A DNA stretch of 32,000 nt from Promethearchaeum syntrophicum. GTDB taxonomy: Archaea; Asgardarchaeota; Lokiarchaeia; Sigyniarchaeales; Promethearchaeaceae. The notes below the pieces were generated by a model. It had not been told where the DNA came from, did no database searches, and saw nothing but the letters and a program-made list of their open reading frames with translations. The DNA is taken from NCBI RefSeq assembly GCF_008000775.2, contig NZ_CP042905.2, forward strand, positions 3,690,001 to 3,722,000, given 5' to 3'. Shown piece after piece: positions 27,151-32,000 of the stretch (its first letter is position 1; each line of letters opens with the position of its first letter). Both the position numbers and the translations under genes were made by a program.

Positions 27151-27903
27151 ATGACGATATTGTATTCTAAACTAGCACGAGCATATCATGAAATGTATCA
27201 AACGATTTTCGATTATGATCAAGATTTTCAGATTTATGATACTTTTCTCAAAAAATATAATGGAAAGAAGGTTCTTGAATTAGGATGTGGTTCAGGGAAT
27301 TTAGGGCATCGCTTGGTACAAGCTAATTATAATTATTTGGGTTTAGATTTGTTTCCCGAAATGTTAACAATTGCTAGAGATGAGTTTCCAGATATTATCG
27401 TTCAGCAAGGAGATATGCGTTCATTTGAACTCAAGACTAAATTTGATGTCATACTCATTTCTGGTAGATCATTTTGCTATTTAACGACAAATCAAGATGT
27501 TATTCGTTGTTTAATTCAAGTATTTAAGCATCTCAAACCTAACGGGATTTTAATTTTTGATAATTTCTATGCTCCGATAATTTTTAGTGATTTTCATACA
27601 AATTTGGAGCAAGAAGCGATCTATCAAACCCGAAAATATAGACGAATCAGTAAAAATAACCCAAATTTTCAGACAGGGTGGACTTGGAATTGGGATGCAA
27701 AATATATTGTTGAAGAAAATAATCAGATCCAAGAATATTTTGATTATTCCATCCTACGAGCTTTTACCGAAGATGAACTCCAACTTTTTCTTAATCTTTG
27801 TGGTTTCAATATTTTAGAATTGAAAAAAGAAAATGCTGCAATATGGCTGGTTGCTCAGAAGAAAAATTCAATTAGAGAAATAATTAAAAAAATGGAATTA
27901 TAA
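27151..27903 (+). CDS. class I SAM-dependent methyltransferase
   Basis: Motif I is KVLELGCGSGNLG. The acidic post-I residue is in YLGLDLFPEM, motif II is QGDMRSF and motif III is LKPNGILIFD. Confidence 0.85.
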   Translation: MTILYSKLARAYHEMYQTIFDYDQDFQIYDTFLKKYNGKKVLELGCGSGNLGHRLVQANYNYLGLDLFPEMLTIARDEFPDIIVQQGDMRSFELKTKFDVILISGRSFCYLTTNQDVIRCLIQVFKHLKPNGILIFDNFYAPIIFSDFHTNLEQEAIYQTRKYRRISKNNPNFQTGWTWNWDAKYIVEENNQIQEYFDYSILRAFTEDELQLFLNLCGFNILELKKENAAIWLVAQKKNSIREIIKKMEL

Positions 27904-28395
27904 ATCCATTTCGATGTGGCAAATTTCCCCTGTTTGTAAATGATTTTTGGAAACTATCGGATCTGATCCCCGAGCATAAGCTATCGCACCTGTCAAAATC
28001 CCTCCAACTGGACAAGCGGTATTATTTTCAAGATCATATCCACCCACGCGCTTTGGGCAAATGTGGCATTTTTGTACTACAACTTTCAATTTATTTTCTT
28101 CTACATTGAGGTCTAGTTCTTCCGCAAGGTTAATTACCTTCATCAACTCTCCAATAAGCTTTTCTTCCGAGTCGGACACTTTAACTAGTTTTTGCTCCAA
28201 CATTTCTTTCATAAGCTCCCTTCCTATCCACATACTTAATGCATCTGTAGCACTTTGAGTATCTGTAGCATCATTTAGTATCAGTTCTCTTGTTTTAATT
28301 ATTCCAAATCCTAAACCAATGATGGCTTTATTAAGAAAACTTTTCGACTTCTCTAATTTCTCTGATTTTGATGTAAAAATTCCCATTGATTTCAT
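27898..28395 (-). CDS. V4R (4-vinyl reductase)-like small-molecule-binding domain protein
   Basis: The C-terminal pattern is VVQKCHICPKR...ACPVGGILTGAIAYARG...LQTGEICHIEM. This resembles the V4R layout C..C......C...G...G.......C..G...C. The track start at 28398 is GTG; an ATG lies at 28395. The call is tentative. Confidence 0.45.
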   Translation of the reverse strand: MKSMGIFTSKSEKLEKSKSFLNKAIIGLGFGIIKTRELILNDATDTQSATDALSMWIGRELMKEMLEQKLVKVSDSEEKLIGELMKVINLAEELDLNVEENKLKVVVQKCHICPKRVGGYDLENNTACPVGGILTGAIAYARGSDPIVSKNHLQTGEICHIEMDL

Positions 28396-28432
28396 CACTT
28401 TTATTTTGTTTTATTCATTCATTGATTAATTG

Positions 28433-28939
28433 TCAATTTAGTACCTTTTTATAAATAATGCCCTCTTTAACATATTTCTCAAGCAATTTTGAAATTGTAC
28501 CTGGCTCGATCTTTCTGTTAAGAGCTTTCTCAAACACTTTACACTTTTCCAAGATTGATGATAAGCTAATCTCCTTGTCTTTTGAAACCATATTAAGTAA
28601 TCTCTTTTCTATTACATTTGGGATTCCTTTATCTCTAAGTTCTTCACACTTTAATGTACAAGCATAGATAATTTTCTGATTTACAGATAAATTCCTTCCA
28701 ACATTGTTGGAAGGTTCCTTATTATCTTCAATGTATGATGTGTCATGGACTCGTTCAACATGTCGAACTTCATAATTTCGATCGATATATACAATCAACA
28801 CGCTACCTTCTTCGCAAACATGGTCACTTGTAAACGGTATCGGATATCTCTTAGCATTCTTTACAATTTCAGAATCTATTTCAAAAGTAAAACTCTTTTT
28901 GCAAATGGGACATAAGGCCCTAATTTTCCGTTCTGACAA
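28433..28939 (-). CDS. zinc-ribbon plus C-terminal winged-helix-like protein (hypothetical regulator)
   Basis: The TTG start is supported by GAGGT ending 9 nt upstream. The N-terminus is CPICKKSF...SDHVCEEG. The C-terminal ISLSSILEKCKVFEKALNRKIEPGTISKLLEKYVKEGIIYKKV looks like a wHTH. It lies 34 bp upstream of the V4R-like gene on the same strand. Confidence 0.5.
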   Translation of the reverse strand: MSERKIRALCPICKKSFTFEIDSEIVKNAKRYPIPFTSDHVCEEGSVLIVYIDRNYEVRHVERVHDTSYIEDNKEPSNNVGRNLSVNQKIIYACTLKCEELRDKGIPNVIEKRLLNMVSKDKEISLSSILEKCKVFEKALNRKIEPGTISKLLEKYVKEGIIYKKVLN

Positions 28940-29178
28940 TTAAATATTACCTCAATAATAAAAGGGAAGGATGACGCTAAAAGATTATTCAATTGTCAAA
29001 AACAATATTGTCTCTGCTCTTTTCGATCATTTTCTTCATTATAATTTCGAATTGTGATAATAATGATGTAAAAGATTTCTTTTTTCTAACATCTTTATTG
29101 CATATTCATTCATAATTAAACAAATTTCTAAAAAAATAATTGAAATATTTGAAAAGTTAAAATCCACTAAAGAATATA

Positions 29179-30267
29179 ATGACATCTGGAATTAGAGATA
29201 TTGAAATTAGCAAACAAATCCTTGAAAAAATAAATTTTGAATCCAATAATCTTTCTAAACCAATAACCATTATGCATGTATGTGGAACACATGAATACAC
29301 TGTTGCAAAAAATGGTCTTCGAAATCTTTTACCAGATAACATTAAAATAATTTCAGGACCAGGGTGTCCTGTTTGTGTTTGCCCCACAGGAGAATTAGAC
29401 TTGGCAATAGAGCTAAGTAAAAGGGAAAATGTAATTATGACAACCTTTGGAGATATGATGCGCGTTCCTTCTTCAACAATTTCTCTTTTCAAAGCTAGAG
29501 CTCAAGGTCATGATGTTCGAGTAGTATATGGACCAAATGATGCAGTGGAATTAGCAAGGAAGAATCCAACGAAAGAAGTTGTTTTTTTTGCAATTGGTTT
29601 TGAAACCACAACACCTTCAGTAGCATTTGAATTAATAAATGACCCTCCATCAAATTTTAGCATAATTTGTACTCATAAAACAGTTCCTCCTGCAATGGAT
29701 TTACTGCTAAATTTACCTAATCTTGAACTTAGCGGATTCTTACTTCCTGGACATGTGTGCGCCATCATTGGAGCAAAACCCTTTGAACTATATGCAGAAA
29801 AATATAGAACACCTATGGTAGTCGGGGGATTTGAGGTAAATGATGTTTTAATGTCACTTTATTACATTTTACGCCAAACAATAAAAAAAGAAGCTTTTGT
29901 TGACAATACATATAAGCGAATTGTAAAACGCGAAGGTAATAAAAAAGCAATTCAATATATTTCAGATGTGTTTGAACCAGTAGATTCGGTTTGGAGAGGT
30001 ATTGGGATGATCTCAAATAGTGGTTTAAAAATCCGCAAGAAATTTGAAGAATTTGATGCTGTGGTAAAATTTAATGTTAAAATTGAAGAAAAAATTGAGA
30101 TGCCAAAGGGATGTTCGTGTGATAAAGTCTTAATCGGAAACATACCTCCACAAAAATGTCCCCTTTTTGGTAAATCATGCACTCCTAGACATCCAATAGG
30201 CCCGTGTATGGTATCTCATGAAGGGGCATGCAAAATTGCTTTTAGCTTTCGGGAAATTATCGATTAA
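29179..30267 (+). CDS. hypD: [NiFe]-hydrogenase maturation protein HypD
   Basis: Family blocks are MHVCGTHE, GPGCPVCV, FFAIGFETT, LPGHV and VWRGIG. The C-terminal Fe-S cluster region is CSCDKVLIG...CPLFGKSCTPRHPIGPCMVSHEGAC. Confidence 0.95.
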   Translation: MTSGIRDIEISKQILEKINFESNNLSKPITIMHVCGTHEYTVAKNGLRNLLPDNIKIISGPGCPVCVCPTGELDLAIELSKRENVIMTTFGDMMRVPSSTISLFKARAQGHDVRVVYGPNDAVELARKNPTKEVVFFAIGFETTTPSVAFELINDPPSNFSIICTHKTVPPAMDLLLNLPNLELSGFLLPGHVCAIIGAKPFELYAEKYRTPMVVGGFEVNDVLMSLYYILRQTIKKEAFVDNTYKRIVKREGNKKAIQYISDVFEPVDSVWRGIGMISNSGLKIRKKFEEFDAVVKFNVKIEEKIEMPKGCSCDKVLIGNIPPQKCPLFGKSCTPRHPIGPCMVSHEGACKIAFSFREIID

Positions 30268-30270
30268 TGT

Positions 30271-30867
30271 TTAATAATATAATTTAAGGATCTCATTTAG
30301 CACAAATATTAACTCCTTACACACTTCTTCCATTTCCTTTGTTAAATTGAAGGAATAAAACGGAATATTTGGATTATTCTCTTTCATATCCAAATCCCAT
30401 AAATCTTCTCGATATAATTGATAAGTCTCTAAAAATTTTAATGAGTAGGGACAAATTCCAACTAATTTTATATCAACACCAGAGACACCCCTTTGAATTC
30501 GATCAATAAATACAGGTAAAGGTAAACTATGACTTGAAATGGGTAAATAATTGAGTATTTTATCTTCTTCGAAAATTCCGATAGTTCCGGAGGGTTTTTT
30601 TAAATCAATAACATCAACTATTAACACTAATTCAGGTTGAAAATCGATTATTTCGGGGAGTCGCTCTTCGGGCGTAATACCACCATTGATAATACTTATT
30701 TTAGTTTTATTTTTCCATTTTTGCCATAGTTCCCACGTGATATAAACTCCAGCTCCATCATCACCCATTCTATTCTCACCAATTCCTAAAATTAGTAGTT
30801 TTGGAGATGATTTTAAGAGATTGGTTAAGGAAAGATTAAGATTTTTGTATTTTTCCTTTAAATCCAT
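30271..30867 (-). CDS. hydrogenase maturation endopeptidase (HycI/HybD/FrhD family) with C-terminal extension
   Basis: LLILGIGENRMGDDGAGVYI matches the GxGNxxxGDDGxG block. LVLIVDVID and SSHSLPL supply the Asp and His metal ligands. About 50 extra C-terminal residues are unassigned. It is convergent with hypD (3-nt gap) and divergent from hypE (58 bp). Confidence 0.8.
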   Translation of the reverse strand: MDLKEKYKNLNLSLTNLLKSSPKLLILGIGENRMGDDGAGVYITWELWQKWKNKTKISIINGGITPEERLPEIIDFQPELVLIVDVIDLKKPSGTIGIFEEDKILNYLPISSHSLPLPVFIDRIQRGVSGVDIKLVGICPYSLKFLETYQLYREDLWDLDMKENNPNIPFYSFNLTKEMEEVCKELIFVLNEILKLYY

Positions 30868-30925
30868 AATAACATTATTTTAGTAAAATTGTTAAAATTT
30901 CGGAATTTATTCTATAATTGGAATA

Positions 30926-31957
30926 ATGTCAGAGAAAAAAATAATTCAATTAGGTCATGGTGGGGGAGGGATTTTACAAGGAGAATTAATTAAATTTATT
31001 ACGGAAAATATCCCTATTAAGAAAATTGGCAAGGGAATTGGAGTTGATGCTTATGATGATGGAGCTACTGTACCTTTAGATAATTACGATTATGAAATTG
31101 TAGTTACTGCCGATGGACATACAATACATCCATTATTTTTTCCGGGGGGAGATTTGGGAAAATTATCAGTTTGCGGAACAGTGAACGATTTAATTATGAT
31201 GGGAGCAAAACCACTTGCTTTAACATCAGTAGTTCTGATAGAGGAAGGTACCGCATTCGATTTTCTGGGAAAAATTATGGATTCCTTTAACAAAACCGCT
31301 GGAGAGGGTGAAATTGCAATATTAGCGGGAGATACAAAGGTAATGCCTCGCGGATCGTTGAAAGAAATTATTATTACTACTTCCGGGATTGGAATTAAAT
31401 CAAAAAAATGTCAAATATTAGATTCTAATTGCAAACCAGGAGCAAAAATCATTCTTACGGGATCTATTGGAGATCATGGAGCCGCCCTTATTGCCAGAAG
31501 AGAAGGAATTGACTTAGAAACAGAATTAAAATCAGATGTGGCAATGTTGACACCCCTTTATACAGTAATAAAAGACCAACCAGGGATATTAGCAATGAAG
31601 GATCCAACTCGTGGTGGCTTAGCCGCAGCATTAAATGAGTGGGCAGAGAAATCTAATATTAGTATTTGGGTGGAAGAGTCACAATTATTAATCAAACGAG
31701 AAGTTAAAGCAATTTCAGAAATATTAGGATTAGATCCTCTAGAAATAGCAAATGAAGGGAAAGCGATAATCTGCGTTGAATCAGAATATGCTTCTCAACT
31801 GTTAGAAAAAATCAAAAAAACATCAATAGGAAAAGAAGCCCGAATAATTGCCGAGGTTAAAGAATCAAATCCAAAGTTAGTTATAATGAAAACTCCATTA
31901 GGAAGTAAAAGAATTATTGAAAAACCTATGGGAGAATTAATTCCTCGTATTTGTTAA
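30926..31957 (+). CDS. hypE: [NiFe]-hydrogenase maturation protein HypE
   Basis: The N-terminus is IQLGHGGGG. It has a PurM-like fold with DDGA, GTVNDLIMMGAKP, GDTKV and DPTRGG. The diagnostic C-terminus is ELIPRIC (PRIC motif). Confidence 0.95.
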   Translation: MSEKKIIQLGHGGGGILQGELIKFITENIPIKKIGKGIGVDAYDDGATVPLDNYDYEIVVTADGHTIHPLFFPGGDLGKLSVCGTVNDLIMMGAKPLALTSVVLIEEGTAFDFLGKIMDSFNKTAGEGEIAILAGDTKVMPRGSLKEIIITTSGIGIKSKKCQILDSNCKPGAKIILTGSIGDHGAALIARREGIDLETELKSDVAMLTPLYTVIKDQPGILAMKDPTRGGLAAALNEWAEKSNISIWVEESQLLIKREVKAISEILGLDPLEIANEGKAIICVESEYASQLLEKIKKTSIGKEARIIAEVKESNPKLVIMKTPLGSKRIIEKPMGELIPRIC

Positions 31958-32000
31958 AATTCTCATGTAATTTTACTCTTTGTGATTGAAATGAAGCAAC

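Noticed and set aside
29157-30182. Antisense ORFs inside hypD (29157..29492, 29813..30016, 29952..30182)
   Set aside because: HypD motifs are continuous across the whole + frame. The antisense products have odd composition and no motifs.

Overview
AT-rich, gene-dense segment (about 25-33% GC by hand counts of sampled 60-nt lines) that looks archaeal. Evidence: a tRNA-Pro(UGG) with a GGGGCCG acceptor stem split by a ~31-nt non-canonical intron, oligo-T terminators, GGTG/GAGG-type ribosome-binding sites or leaderless-looking starts, and [NiFe]-hydrogenase maturation genes. An Asgard/Lokiarchaeia-like origin is only a guess. I support about 31 protein genes and one tRNA. I saw no rRNA, CRISPR array, transposase or integrase. 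The content is accessory or peripheral. It includes an S41 peptidase, a PD40 beta-propeller/zinc-ribbon protein, and an ABC-2 exporter with two tandem paralogous wHTH regulators. It also includes two ICMT/PEMT-like membrane methyltransferases, three membrane acyltransferase-clan proteins around a PaaK/F390-synthetase-like adenylating enzyme, and three GNATs. Further genes encode an LVIVD surface propeller, a QueG/RdhA-like Fe-S protein, an MFS transporter, an M29 aminopeptidase and a Fur-family regulator divergent from katG. The rest are a TrmO/TsaA-like protein, a SAM methyltransferase, a V4R-like protein, a zinc-ribbon/wHTH protein and hypD-endopeptidase-hypE. My best candidate for an undescribed system is the co-directional ligase + DUF1624-like acyltransferase + GNAT unit, with a divergent AT3 acyltransferase and a second DUF1624 paralog nearby. 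It could be a Dlt-like 'activate in the cytoplasm, acylate across the membrane' module, but this is inference only. The second candidate is katG, at about 45-57% GC in a 25-30% GC background, next to a host-like Fur/PerR gene, which suggests a laterally acquired peroxide-defence island. All functional calls come from motif recognition by eye. No searches were run.
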